From Streptomyces sp. enrichment culture (GTDB taxonomy: Bacteria > Actinomycetota > Actinomycetes > Streptomycetales > Streptomycetaceae): 64,000 nucleotides of DNA. The position numbers and the translations under genes were made by a program. The DNA is taken from the NCBI RefSeq assembly GCF_964272895.1, contig NZ_OZ186833.1, forward strand, positions 60,034 to 124,033. The letters run 5' to 3'. Below, one piece after another: positions 11,926 to 21,528 of this stretch (the first letter of the stretch is position 1; every line of letters begins with the position of its first letter). The notes under the pieces were generated by a model. The model did not search any database. It had not been told where the DNA came from and saw nothing but the letters and a program-made list of their open reading frames with translations.

Positions 11926-13836
11926 TCAGGCCGGGTCGGGGACGCGGTCCGGCACGACCAGACCGGCCAGGGCGGTGCCCAGGATGCGCGGCCCGTCCTG
12001 AGTGAGAACGGACTCCGGGTGGAACTGCATCGACGCGAAGCCGGGGCCCCGCAGGGCATGGACCTCGCCGGTCGCCGGATCACGGCTGACGCGGACCCGG
12101 CCCAGGCCCTCGGCGGTGAACTCGTCGTCCTCGCTGACGAGGGCGAAGGTGTTGTAGAAGCCGACGTGCTCGGCGCTGCCGAACAGGTCGATCCGCTTCT
12201 GCACCCCCTGGTTGGGCACCGTCCGGCGGCGCAGCGGCAGACCGAGCCCGAGGCCGAGGACCTGGTGGCTGAGGCACACGGCGAGGAACGGGCGCCGCTC
12301 ACGCAGCAGGGTGCCCACCGCGGTGTGCAGATGGTGCATCTTCGGGTGCGCCCTCTCCTGCGGGTCGCCCGGCCCCGGCCCCATGACGACCAGGTCGTGG
12401 CCCTCGAAGGCGTAGTCCTCGTCGAAGCGGCGGACCGTCACCCGCAGGCCGAGCGAGCGCAGCTGCTGGTCGAGCATGGAGGTGAAGGTGTCCTCGGCGT
12501 CCACGACCAGCACACTGCGCCCGGCCAGCTCCGGCCGGCCGGCCGCGAAGGCGTCGCGGCCCGCGAGCCAGAAGCCGGCGATGGAGTCGTTGCGCAGCCC
12601 GAGGGCCTCGCGCACGCTGGGGTGGTCGGCGAAGCGCTGCGGTCCGCCGCCGCCGAGGGCCGCGACGAGCCCGGCCGCCTTGGCGCGGGTCTCCGCGGCC
12701 TCGGAGGCCGGATCGGAGTGGCGCACGATGGTGGCGCCGACGCCGATCCGGAGCCGTCCGGCCGGGCTGATGTCCGCGGTGCGGATCAGGATCGCGGAGT
12801 CCATGACCCGCTCGCCGGCGTCGTCGCGGCCGATGAGCGCGGCGACCCCGCTGTAGTACTCGCGGCCGCCGGGCTCGAACTGGGCGATGGTGCGGCAGGC
12901 GCTCTCCAGCGGGCTGCCGGTGACGGTCGGCGCGAACATGGTCTCGCGCAGGATGTCGCGTACGTCGCGGTCGGTGCGGCCCTCGATGAAGTACTCGGTG
13001 TGCGCGACCCGGGCCATCTCCTTGAGGTAGGGCCCGACGACCCGGCCGCCCTCGGGGCAGATGCGGGCCATCATCTTCAGTTCCTCGTCGAGGACCATGT
13101 ACAGCTCGTCGGTCTCCTTGCGGTCGTCGAGGAACTCCAGGACGCCCGACAGGGTGGGGCCCGACGCCGGATAGCGGTACGTGCCGCTGATGGGGTTCAT
13201 CACGGCCGTACCGCCCTCGAGGCTGACGTGCCGCTCGGGCGAGGCGCCGACCAGGGTGCGGGTGCCGGTGTGCACCAGGAACGTCCAGTGGGCGCCGGAC
13301 TCGCCCTGCAGCAGCCGGCGGAACAGGGCCGGGGCGCTCAGCGGGCCGTGGTCGGTGATGTCGGCGACGAAGGTGCGCTTGATGACGAAGTTGGCGCCCT
13401 CGCCGGTGCCGATCATCTCCTTGACGATGCGGCGCACCAGGTCCTCGTAGGCGTCGTCGTCGACGTCGAAGCCGCCGCCGGCGAGCGTCGTGGGGACGTC
13501 CGGGATACGGGCGAGGGCCTCGGCGAGCGGCAGCCGCTGCTGGCCGGTGACGGTCATCGCCACGAGCGGTGTGCCGTCGTCGGCGCAGGCGAAACCGCGC
13601 TCGGACAGCTGCCGGTAGGGCATGAGGGCGAGGACCTCGTGCCGGGCGCCGGTGCCGGCGGCCGGGGCCGGGGGCAGCGGGATGTCGGCGAGGGTCGCGG
13701 GCTGGGACACGGTGCCCGTCAGGACCTCGACCGCGCCGGGGCCCGTGGTGGTGGGCCGGTGCAGCAGGGCGTAGGGCTGCGACGGTTCGTCCAGCACCTT
13801 CTGGAGCAGATCGGTGTGCGGATCGGCGTGCGTCAT
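11926..13836 (-). CDS. phzE: 2-amino-2-deoxyisochorismate synthase (MST plus GATase fusion)
   Basis: [32 protein letters not shown]; GATase GPGPG, AVCLSHQ, QFHPES. Confidence 0.96.
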   Translation of the reverse strand: MTHADPHTDLLQKVLDEPSQPYALLHRPTTTGPGAVEVLTGTVSQPATLADIPLPPAPAAGTGARHEVLALMPYRQLSERGFACADDGTPLVAMTVTGQQRLPLAEALARIPDVPTTLAGGGFDVDDDAYEDLVRRIVKEMIGTGEGANFVIKRTFVADITDHGPLSAPALFRRLLQGESGAHWTFLVHTGTRTLVGASPERHVSLEGGTAVMNPISGTYRYPASGPTLSGVLEFLDDRKETDELYMVLDEELKMMARICPEGGRVVGPYLKEMARVAHTEYFIEGRTDRDVRDILRETMFAPTVTGSPLESACRTIAQFEPGGREYYSGVAALIGRDDAGERVMDSAILIRTADISPAGRLRIGVGATIVRHSDPASEAAETRAKAAGLVAALGGGGPQRFADHPSVREALGLRNDSIAGFWLAGRDAFAAGRPELAGRSVLVVDAEDTFTSMLDQQLRSLGLRVTVRRFDEDYAFEGHDLVVMGPGPGDPQERAHPKMHHLHTAVGTLLRERRPFLAVCLSHQVLGLGLGLPLRRRTVPNQGVQKRIDLFGSAEHVGFYNTFALVSEDDEFTAEGLGRVRVSRDPATGEVHALRGPGFASMQFHPESVLTQDGPRILGTALAGLVVPDRVPDPA

Positions 13837-14456
13837 GCGAACAGCCCCTTGACCGTGGTGACACGGGCACAGCGCTCGGCGGCGTAGGTGAGGGCCGAGC
13901 GGTGGTAGTCCTCGGAGAAATCGGCGGTGGCGTCGGCGACGAAGAACGGCTGGATGTCGTTGGTGAACGCGTCGACCGCGGTGGCCAGCACCCCGACATG
14001 GGCGTAGACGCCGCACAGGATCAGCTGGTCGCGGCCGGCGGCGCGCATCCGCTGGAGCAGGTCGGTGCGGAAGAAGGCGCTGTAACGCCACTTGGTCAGC
14101 AGCCAGTCCTCCTCGCCCGGTGCGAGGGCGTCGACCACCTGGCGGTCCTCGGGCGTGGCGCGCATACCGGGGCCCCAGAAGTCCTTGAGCAGACCGCGCT
14201 GTTCGTCGGTCATGCTGCCCGGCTGGGCGGTGTAGGCGACGGGGATGCCGAGCGCGGCGCACTGGTCGCGCAGCTGGGCCGCGCCTCGCACCAGGTCCTG
14301 GCGCAGCGGTTCGGGCAGCGGAGCGAGGAAGTAGCGCTGCATGTCGTGGACGAGAAGGACGGACCGGTCGGGTTCGGCCTTCCAGGACACGGCGGCCGAC
14401 GGCAGGTCGCCCTCGGTGGGCAGCGGGTACGCGGAGATGGAAGGTATGCCGGTCAT
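13833..14456 (-). CDS. phzD: isochorismatase-family ADIC hydrolase
   Basis: [27 protein letters not shown]. Confidence 0.96.
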   Translation of the reverse strand: MTGIPSISAYPLPTEGDLPSAAVSWKAEPDRSVLLVHDMQRYFLAPLPEPLRQDLVRGAAQLRDQCAALGIPVAYTAQPGSMTDEQRGLLKDFWGPGMRATPEDRQVVDALAPGEEDWLLTKWRYSAFFRTDLLQRMRAAGRDQLILCGVYAHVGVLATAVDAFTNDIQPFFVADATADFSEDYHRSALTYAAERCARVTTVKGLFA

Positions 14457-14485
14457 GGCTCCAGTTCCTGGCTCGGGCAGGTGGC

Positions 14486-15673
14486 TCAGGCGGTCCAGGC
14501 GGAGATCACGGACACGGCCTGCCACGGGGTGAGGCGGGGGTCGCAGAACGAGGTGTAGCGCTCGCCCACGGAGTCGAGGTCGTCCTTGCAGCCGGCGCAC
14601 TCGGTGACGTCGTCGGGGGTGGTCTCCAGGTGCACCCCGCCGGGGACGCCGCCCGCGCCGCGCACGGCGTCGACGAACCGGGACAGCTCCAGGGAGATGG
14701 TCTCCACCATCCGCGTCTTGTGGCCGCTGGGCGCGGTGACGGTGTTGCCGTGCATGGGGTCGGTGAGCCAGATGGCGCTGTGGCCCGCGCCGCGCACGGC
14801 CTCGACGAGGCGCGGCAGCCGGTCGGCGACGACATCGGCGCCCATGCGGGCGATGAGGGTGAGCTTGCCCGGGTCGCGCCAGGGGTCCAGCCGCTCGCAC
14901 AGGGCCAGCAGTTCCTCGGGCTCCATGCCGGGGCCCACCTTGCACGCCACCGGGTTGGCGACCTGGGACAGCAGGGCGACATGGGCGCCGTCGACCTGGC
15001 GGGTGCGCTCGCCGATCCACGGCCAGTGTGTGGAGCCGAGGAACATGCGGCCCTGGTCGTCCATGCGCAGCATGGGGATCTCGTAGTCGAGGAGCAGTGC
15101 CTCGTGGCTCGTCCACACCAGCGGCTCGACGACGTCACGGCCCGCGGCGCGTTCACGCCAGCCCAGGTGTTCGATGATGTCGCTGGCGGCCATGTAGCCG
15201 GTGAGCATGCGCAGCGGGTCGGCCTGGCGGCTCTCCGGGTCGGCTTCCGGGCCGTTGACCATGTGGCCGCGGAACGAGGGCAGGGTGATGCCGTCGACGA
15301 CCTCGGTGTCGCTGGAGCGCGGCTTGGCGAACTGACCGGCGATGCGTCCAACGCGCAGCACGGGCTTGCCGGTGATCAGGCCGAGCGTCCCGGCGAGCAG
15401 GTCGAGCACCGCGGCCTTGCGCGCGACATGGCGGGGGGTGCATTCCTGGGGGTCCTCGGCGCAGTCTCCCGACTGCACCACCATGGCCTCACCGAGGGCC
15501 ACCTTGCCGAGCAGGGTGCGCATGGTGGCCACGTCGTCGGGGTGCACGAGGGTGGGGCGGGTCGCCAGTGCCTGGCTCACCCTGCTCAGTTGGGAGAGGT
15601 CGCTCCACTTGGGCTGCTGCACGGCCCCTCGGGCACGAATCTCCCGTATGACGTCTTTCACGACGTCCTTCAT
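14486..15673 (-). CDS. phzC: class II DAHP synthase
   Basis: [38 protein letters not shown]. Confidence 0.96.
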   Translation of the reverse strand: MKDVVKDVIREIRARGAVQQPKWSDLSQLSRVSQALATRPTLVHPDDVATMRTLLGKVALGEAMVVQSGDCAEDPQECTPRHVARKAAVLDLLAGTLGLITGKPVLRVGRIAGQFAKPRSSDTEVVDGITLPSFRGHMVNGPEADPESRQADPLRMLTGYMAASDIIEHLGWRERAAGRDVVEPLVWTSHEALLLDYEIPMLRMDDQGRMFLGSTHWPWIGERTRQVDGAHVALLSQVANPVACKVGPGMEPEELLALCERLDPWRDPGKLTLIARMGADVVADRLPRLVEAVRGAGHSAIWLTDPMHGNTVTAPSGHKTRMVETISLELSRFVDAVRGAGGVPGGVHLETTPDDVTECAGCKDDLDSVGERYTSFCDPRLTPWQAVSVISAWTA

Positions 15674-15726
15674 GTACGAACTCCGATCCCAACGGTGATG
15701 TCGTGCCGGTCAGGTGCTGCGCGGGG

Positions 15727-16215
15727 TCAGGTGGGTATGCCCTTGCGCTTGATCTCCGGGACGGGAATCCCGAGCGAGCGCAGCTGCTCGAACGGGTTCA
15801 TGAATTCGCGCTGCCGCTTGATCTTCCCGTTCTCGAATTCGAAGGAGTGCAGGAAGTGGTTCTCGTAGAAACCCTCGGGGTAGTCGGCGAAGCGGATCTT
15901 CCCGTGCCCGTCGCACTCCACCCAGAAGTGGTTGGGGTCGTCGGTCTCGAAGATCTTGACGTTGTACCACTCCCAGTCGGGGAAGCATTCCAGCGACCAG
16001 ACGGCGTGCTCGGCGAGGCGGTCCCTGCCGTTGATGACGATGGGGGCGCCGGTGTCGGTGGTCCACAGGCCGCCGCAGCCGTCCTCGGTGAACAGCTCGT
16101 GCCGACGCAGCCGGTCCTGCCCCTTGGTGTTCATGTACCGCTCGACGATGGCGCGGTTGCTGCGGCGCAGCTCCGCCTCGTCGCCGAATGCCCCGGAGGT
16201 GACGTTCTCGGACAC
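15727..16215 (-). CDS. phzB: phenazine biosynthesis protein PhzB
   Basis: DRLRRHELFTEDGCGGLWTTDTG, EHAVWSLECFPDWEW, REFMNP; GTG start. Confidence 0.95.
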   Translation of the reverse strand: MSENVTSGAFGDEAELRRSNRAIVERYMNTKGQDRLRRHELFTEDGCGGLWTTDTGAPIVINGRDRLAEHAVWSLECFPDWEWYNVKIFETDDPNHFWVECDGHGKIRFADYPEGFYENHFLHSFEFENGKIKRQREFMNPFEQLRSLGIPVPEIKRKGIPT

Positions 16216-16266
16216 TGACTGCTCCCTGTCTGTCTTTTCGTGTGTCTGTGCGCAGGAACTGGACGA

Positions 16267-16298
16267 ACAACAAAAGCGGCCCCGTGGCCGGGACCGCT
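16267..16298 (-). terminator. intrinsic terminator between aroC and phzB
   Basis: Minus strand AGCGGUCCCG-GCCA-CGGGGCCGCU followed by UUUGUUGUU. Confidence 0.7.
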
Positions 16299-16322
16299 CG
16301 ACTCTCGGTAGATCGGACGACG

Positions 16323-17507
16323 TCAGCGGATGGTCAGCCGGTCGAGGTACGAGGTGACGTTGCGCCGTGTCTCGGCCACGCTGTCGCCGCCGAACTTCTC
16401 CGCGACCGCGTCCGCGAGGACGAGCGCGACCATCGCCTCGGCGACGATGCCGGCCGCCGGCACCGCGGAGACGTCGGAGCGCTGGTGATGGGCCTGCGCG
16501 GGCTCCCCGGTGGTGACATCGATGGTCTTCAGCGCCCGCGGCACCGTCGCGATCGGCTTCATCGCCGCCCGCACCCGCAGCAGCTCACCGGTGGACAGGC
16601 CACCCTCCGTACCACCCGCGCGACCGGAGACACGCCGGATACCCTCGGGCGTCTTCACGATCTCGTCGTGCGCCTTGGAACCGGGGACACGGGCCAGCTC
16701 GAAACCGTCACCGATCTCCACGCCCTTGATGGCCTGGATGCCCATGAGCGCACCGGCCAGCCGCGCGTCCAGCTTGCGGTCCCAGTGCACATGGGAGCCG
16801 AGACCGACCGGCACGCCGTAGGCCAGCACCTCGACCACACCACCGAGGGTGTCACCGTCCTTGTGCGCCTGGTCCACCTCGGCCACCATCGCCTTCGACG
16901 CGTCGGCGTCCAGGCAGCGCAGCGGGTCGGCGTCCAGCTTCTCCACGTCGGCAGGCGTCGGGTAGACACCCTGCGGGGCCCTCACCGAGCACAGCTCGAC
17001 CACATGCGAGACGATCTCGATGCCGGCCGTCTCCTTCAGGTACGAGCGCGCGACCGCCCCCAGCGCGACGCGGGCCGCGGTCTCACGGGCGGAGGCACGC
17101 TCCAGGATCGGACGGGCCTCGTCGAAGCCGTACTTCTGCATGCCCGCCAGGTCCGCATGGCCCGGACGCGGCCGGGTCAGCGGGGCGTTACGGGCCAGTT
17201 CGGCGAGCTCGCCCGGATCCACCGGGTCGGCCGCCATGACCTTCTCCCACTTCGGCCACTCGGTGTTACCCACCATGATCGCGACCGGAGAGCCGAGAGT
17301 CAGGCCGTGCCGGACACCACCGAGAAAGGTGACCTCGTCCCGCTCGAACTTCATCCGCGCACCACGGCCGTAACCGAGCCGGCGCCGGGCCAGGTGATCC
17401 GCCACCATCTCCGTCGTGACCGGCACGCCGGCGGGAAGGCCCTCCAGCGTCGCCACCAGTGCGGGACCGTGCGACTCCCCCGCGGTCAGCCAGCGCAAGC
17501 TGCTCAA
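16323..17507 (-). CDS. aroC: chorismate synthase (cluster copy)
   Basis: [37 protein letters not shown]; TTG start after a GGGGGAG RBS. Confidence 0.96.
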   Translation of the reverse strand: MSSLRWLTAGESHGPALVATLEGLPAGVPVTTEMVADHLARRRLGYGRGARMKFERDEVTFLGGVRHGLTLGSPVAIMVGNTEWPKWEKVMAADPVDPGELAELARNAPLTRPRPGHADLAGMQKYGFDEARPILERASARETAARVALGAVARSYLKETAGIEIVSHVVELCSVRAPQGVYPTPADVEKLDADPLRCLDADASKAMVAEVDQAHKDGDTLGGVVEVLAYGVPVGLGSHVHWDRKLDARLAGALMGIQAIKGVEIGDGFELARVPGSKAHDEIVKTPEGIRRVSGRAGGTEGGLSTGELLRVRAAMKPIATVPRALKTIDVTTGEPAQAHHQRSDVSAVPAAGIVAEAMVALVLADAVAEKFGGDSVAETRRNVTSYLDRLTIR

Positions 17508-17650
17508 TGGTGCTCCCCCGTGAAGTCGGTCCTCCTGGCCTTGTCGAAGCCGCCGGCGACTCCGAAATCGATGTCTCAAGGAGTCTCGCCCAGTGGCCGG
17601 AAACAGCCGATTGGGAGTTTCCTTCGCCGACCGACTCGCTGCCACGGAAA

Positions 17651-17726
17651 TGTTTTTGGGCAGGGGGGGCTCTCAGAAATCGTGACACAGGCAGCACCGG
17701 CCGACCAAGGGCACTCGGAGGTGACC
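17651..17726 (-). promoter_or_regulatory. shared upstream motif, copy 2, before the aroC-phz operon
   Basis: Minus strand GGTCAC-N33-TGTCACGATT-N14-CTGCCCAAAAACA; overlaps a GTGACC-TG-GGTCAC palindrome at 17721-17734. Confidence 0.7.
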
Positions 17727-17905
17727 TGGGTCACTTGACCAGCCACTATGGGTATGTGACGAGCCGTCAGGACGAAAGTGCGTACCCTAAATGACAGGGG
17801 GCGCGGAGCACGAACTTCCCTAGCGAACATCAAACGGTTCTTGAATTCCTCTCCATTCTGCCGGCGGGCGATAACTCGTGCGGGGCGGTGAGTGAAGTGC
17901 GCGCC

Positions 17906-18961
17906 TCAGAAGTAGCTGGGATGCCGGCGGCCCGTGCGGCCCCGGAACACCCACCAGCTCATCGTCTGGTACGCGAGGATCACCGGGATCAGCACCAGCC
18001 CGAAGCCGGTGAGGATCTTCAGCGTGGCGCCGTCCGTGACGGCCTCGTCGACGGTCAGGCCCGCCGTACCGTCCGCGCCGGCCAGCAGATACGGGTGCTG
18101 TCCCGCGCCGATGAGCAGCACCAGCAGGACGACCGCCAGACAGGTGCCCGCGAAGGCCCGCACGCGGTGCCCGCGCCCCACGGCCCACCAGGCGCCGGCG
18201 AGCACCGCCGCGATCAGGACGGCGAGGACCGCCCCCGTCGGGGCGTTGGCCAGATCCGCGCCCGCGCCGGACAGCGTCAGCAGCAGCGGCACGGCAGCCG
18301 CGGCACCCGTCGCCCGCAGCAGCACGGCACCCAGCCGCCGGGCCCGCGCGGCGGTGCCGGGGGCCCCGCGCAACGCGACGAAGCCCGCCCCATGGGCCCC
18401 GAGCAGCAGGGTGAAGGTCACGCCGCAGGACAGCACGAACGGCGAGAACACCTCGCCGAACCCCACATGGAAGGACCCGTCCGGCCGCCGCGGCACACCC
18501 CGCAGCAGCAGCCCCACGACGAGCCCCCAGCACACCGCGGGCACCACACCGCCGAACACGATCAGCGCCTCCCACCTGCGGCGCCCGGCCGCACTGCGGG
18601 CGCGCCGGCGCAACTGGATCGCGGCGTTGCCGACGACCAGACCGACGAGGACGGCCACGATCAGCGGGTACAGGCCGGACAGCAGAGTGCCCTCCAGATG
18701 CGGGAAGGCACCGAACATGACGCCGGCGAAGGCCACCAGCCAGACCTCGTTGCCCAGGAAGAACGGCGCCATGGCGTCGAGGGCGGCGTTGTCCGCGCCG
18801 CGCTCGCCCTCCCCGTCCCCGCCGCCGTCCCGCTCCTCGGAGCCGCGCAGGAAGGGGTGCAGCATCTGCACGCCGTAGTCGTAGCCGCCGAGCACGAAGT
18901 ACCCGGCCAGAAGCAGCCCGAGCAGGGCCAGCCAGAGGGTCTCCAGACTCATCTCGCTCAA
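17906..18961 (-). CDS. cydB: cytochrome bd ubiquinol oxidase subunit II
   Basis: GYFVLGGYDYG, PFFLGNEVWLV; multiple TM segments; start 18961 (TTG) or 18952 (ATG). Confidence 0.92.
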   Translation of the reverse strand: MSEMSLETLWLALLGLLLAGYFVLGGYDYGVQMLHPFLRGSEERDGGGDGEGERGADNAALDAMAPFFLGNEVWLVAFAGVMFGAFPHLEGTLLSGLYPLIVAVLVGLVVGNAAIQLRRRARSAAGRRRWEALIVFGGVVPAVCWGLVVGLLLRGVPRRPDGSFHVGFGEVFSPFVLSCGVTFTLLLGAHGAGFVALRGAPGTAARARRLGAVLLRATGAAAAVPLLLTLSGAGADLANAPTGAVLAVLIAAVLAGAWWAVGRGHRVRAFAGTCLAVVLLVLLIGAGQHPYLLAGADGTAGLTVDEAVTDGATLKILTGFGLVLIPVILAYQTMSWWVFRGRTGRRHPSYF

Positions 18962-19003
18962 CTTTCCGTCACGGGAGGGCAGTTCATGACGCCGGTCGGC
19001 GGC

Positions 19004-20275
19004 TCAGTAGGCGTGGACCACCTGCTTGTCCGCCGGGGCGGGCGGTTCGGCGGCACCCAGCTGGGTGGCGTCCGGCCCGCGGCGGGCGAAGCGGGTGATG
19101 AGGGTCCAGTTCACGACCGCCAGCGCGACGAAGACGGTGACGAACACGGCGCAGGAGACGACCAGGGAGGTCCTGCCGACGTGGGACAGCGCGTCCTCGA
19201 CGGTCAGCTCGCCGTAGATGATCCAGGGCTGCCGCCCGATCTCGCGGACGATCCAGCCGCCGATGGAGGCGATGAAGGGCAGCGGGATCATCGCCGTCAT
19301 CAGATAGGCCATGGGACGCCACTTCACCAGGCGGTCCTTCCACAGCAGGAAGACGGCGACGAAGGTGATGGTGGAGACGGTGTTGCCGAGGACCGACATC
19401 ACATCCATGGACACCCGCACCCAGTCCTGCCAGGGCACATAGTCGCCCGGACCGTAGGTCTCGGCCATCCGCGCCTGCACCGCGGCCACGTCGCCGCCCT
19501 CGATCAGGGCGTGCTTCATCGGCTGGGTGTCCTCGATGACGGGCTTCTGCAGCTCGCCGAGCACGACGACGAAGAACGAGGCGACCATGCTCACCCACAC
19601 CCCGATGCGCAACGAGCCGCGGAACAGCTCCGTCTCCTGGGTGCCGCGCGCGAAGTGCCAGGCGCTGAACCCGGCGACGAGGACACCGCCCGTGGTGAGC
19701 GCGCCGAGCGAGAGATGGGCCAGGGCCGTCAGGGACATCGAGTTGGTCAGCAGCGCGGTGAAGTCCGTGAGGTAGGCGACGCCGTCACGCACCTCGTAGC
19801 CGACGGGATGCTGCATGAAGCCGTTGGCGACCAGGATCCAGTAGCCCGAGGCGTACGCGGTCAGGGCGACCAGCCAGATGAGGGTGACATGGACGCCCCG
19901 GCGCAGCCGCCCCCAGCCGAAGATCCACATGCCGAGGAAGGTGGACTCGGCGAAGAACGCGATGAGCGTCTCCAGCGCCAGAGGGGCGCCGAAGACATTG
20001 CCCGCGAACTTGCTCAGGCCGCTCCAGCTGAGCCCGAACTGGAACTCCATCACGATGCCGGTGACGATGCCCACCGCGTAGTTGATGACGTAGAGCTGGC
20101 CCCAGAACCGCGTCATGCGCTCCCGCACGGCCCGCTTGGCGGGATCGCGGCTGTACGCCGCCCTGGTGTGCATGAACGCCACCAGCGGGACGAGGCCCAT
20201 CGTGAGGATCACGAACAGCCAGTGGATGCCGGTGGTGGCCGCGAACTGGAGTCGGGCCAGTTCCGCAGCGCTCAT
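19004..20275 (-). CDS. cydA: cytochrome bd ubiquinol oxidase subunit I (short Q-loop, 423 aa)
   Basis: LARLQFA..IHWLF, GIVMEFQFG, FFAESTFLG, ANGFMQHP, QPMK, REIGRQPW. Confidence 0.94.
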   Translation of the reverse strand: MSAAELARLQFAATTGIHWLFVILTMGLVPLVAFMHTRAAYSRDPAKRAVRERMTRFWGQLYVINYAVGIVTGIVMEFQFGLSWSGLSKFAGNVFGAPLALETLIAFFAESTFLGMWIFGWGRLRRGVHVTLIWLVALTAYASGYWILVANGFMQHPVGYEVRDGVAYLTDFTALLTNSMSLTALAHLSLGALTTGGVLVAGFSAWHFARGTQETELFRGSLRIGVWVSMVASFFVVVLGELQKPVIEDTQPMKHALIEGGDVAAVQARMAETYGPGDYVPWQDWVRVSMDVMSVLGNTVSTITFVAVFLLWKDRLVKWRPMAYLMTAMIPLPFIASIGGWIVREIGRQPWIIYGELTVEDALSHVGRTSLVVSCAVFVTVFVALAVVNWTLITRFARRGPDATQLGAAEPPAPADKQVVHAY

Positions 20276-20435
20276 GGTGCGACCTTCCTGGGCGACGGCG
20301 GCCGGTGGGGCTGCGGGGCCTCGCATCGCGCGCGCGGCCGACGGGCGGCGCCGCCCGTCATCTGTGCGGTGACCCCGCCGAAGATCATAGGGACAACCGC
20401 TTATGCGTATCCAAGACCTTATTTGCCATGTGATG

Positions 20436-20451
20436 ATGCCTCAAAAGGCAT
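20436..20451. promoter_or_regulatory. inverted repeat ATGCC-N6-GGCAT in the cydA/LysR divergent region; possible LysR site
   Basis: Direct reading; 16 nt upstream of the LysR start. Confidence 0.4.
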
Positions 20452-20466
20452 AAGGCGAGGTGGACG

Positions 20467-21399
20467 GTGGATCTGCGGCAACTGCGCTACTTCCAGACCG
20501 TCGCGCGCCACGAGCACATGAGCCGGGCCGCGGAGGAACTGCACGTCGCCCAGCCCGCGCTCAGCCGGACCATCGCCCGCCTGGAGGCCGACCTCGGCAC
20601 CGCGCTGTTCGACCGCAAGGGGCGCCGCATCCGCCTCAACCGGTACGGGGAGATGTTCCTGCGCCATGTCGACCGCGCCCTCAGCGAACTCGACGACGCC
20701 CGCAGGGCGCTGCGCGACGCCCGGGACACGGGGCTCGGGCGGGTCAGCATCGCCTGCGAGACACTGCTGACCATCACCCCGGTCCTCGGCGGCTTCCGGG
20801 AGGCGTGGCCGCACGCCGATGTACGGCTCTACCAGTCCAACGCGCGTGAGATGAGCCGCCAGTTGCAGGCCGGGAAGGTCGACTTCTGCGTCGCCTCCCA
20901 GCCGCTGGCCGGCACGGGCCTGGAGGCCGTCGAGCTCGCCCGGGAGGAGGTGCTGCTCGCGGTCCCGCGCGGGCACCGGCTCGACGGGCGCGACAGCGTG
21001 ACGATCCGCGAGATCGCCGGCGAGCCCTTCGTCACCACGCGGCCCGGACACTGGCAGCGCGCCCTGCTCGACCGGCTGTTCGCGGCGGAGGGGCTGGTCC
21101 CGCCGCTGTCCTGCGAGGCCGACGAGCCGGCCGCCATCCAGGATCTGATCAGTGTGGGCCTCGGCATCGGCCTCATCCCCGCGGTGTCCCGGCAGGCCGG
21201 CACGGACACGCACGTCCCGGTCGCCTGGGTCCATCTGGACGCCCCCGAGTGCCACCGCGTGCTCACCCTCGTGCACAGCCGTGACGCCTATCTGTCCGAG
21301 GCGGCCCTGAGATTCCGGGAGTTCGTCACCAGCAGGCCCTTCATGACCCACCACCTCCCCGACCTGCGCCGCGGCCGCGGGACCCAGCCGCACCCGTAA
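20467..21399 (+). CDS. LysR-family regulator (PpzY-like position)
   Basis: MDLRQLRYFQTVARHEHMSRAAEELHVAQPALSRTI HTH; divergent from cydAB. Confidence 0.95.
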   Translation: MDLRQLRYFQTVARHEHMSRAAEELHVAQPALSRTIARLEADLGTALFDRKGRRIRLNRYGEMFLRHVDRALSELDDARRALRDARDTGLGRVSIACETLLTITPVLGGFREAWPHADVRLYQSNAREMSRQLQAGKVDFCVASQPLAGTGLEAVELAREEVLLAVPRGHRLDGRDSVTIREIAGEPFVTTRPGHWQRALLDRLFAAEGLVPPLSCEADEPAAIQDLISVGLGIGLIPAVSRQAGTDTHVPVAWVHLDAPECHRVLTLVHSRDAYLSEAALRFREFVTSRPFMTHHLPDLRRGRGTQPHP

Positions 21400-21463
21400 C
21401 GCCGTAACGCCGTAGCGCCGTAACGTCGTAGCGCCATAGCTCCGTATCGCCGTGGCGCCGTGG
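21394..21463 (+). repeat. 8-nt tandem repeat (CCGTARCG), about 8.5 copies, starting at the LysR stop codon
   Basis: ccgtaacg ccgtaacg ccgtagcg ccgtaacg tcgtagcg ccatagct ccgtatcg ccgtggcg. Confidence 0.85.
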
Positions 21464-21501
21464 AGGCGGGATCCGTCGCGGGCGGCCGACCGGTCGGCGC
21501 G

Positions 21502-21528
21502 CGTCACATCCTCGTCCAGCGGATCGTC
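21502..21528 (+). promoter_or_regulatory. ECF41-type promoter motif CGTCACA-N16-CGTC overlapping the ECF gene stop, pointing antisense into it
   Basis: Direct reading; best match of the three motifs to the recalled ECF41 consensus. Confidence 0.35.

Noticed and set aside
17721-17734. Crp site (GTG-N8-CAC) as a separate feature
   Set aside because: It fits the short consensus, but one half is better explained as part of the shared tripartite motif; not independently supported.
20276-20466. Rex operator upstream of cydA
   Set aside because: The best candidate matches TTGTGAA-N4-TTCACAA poorly in the right half.
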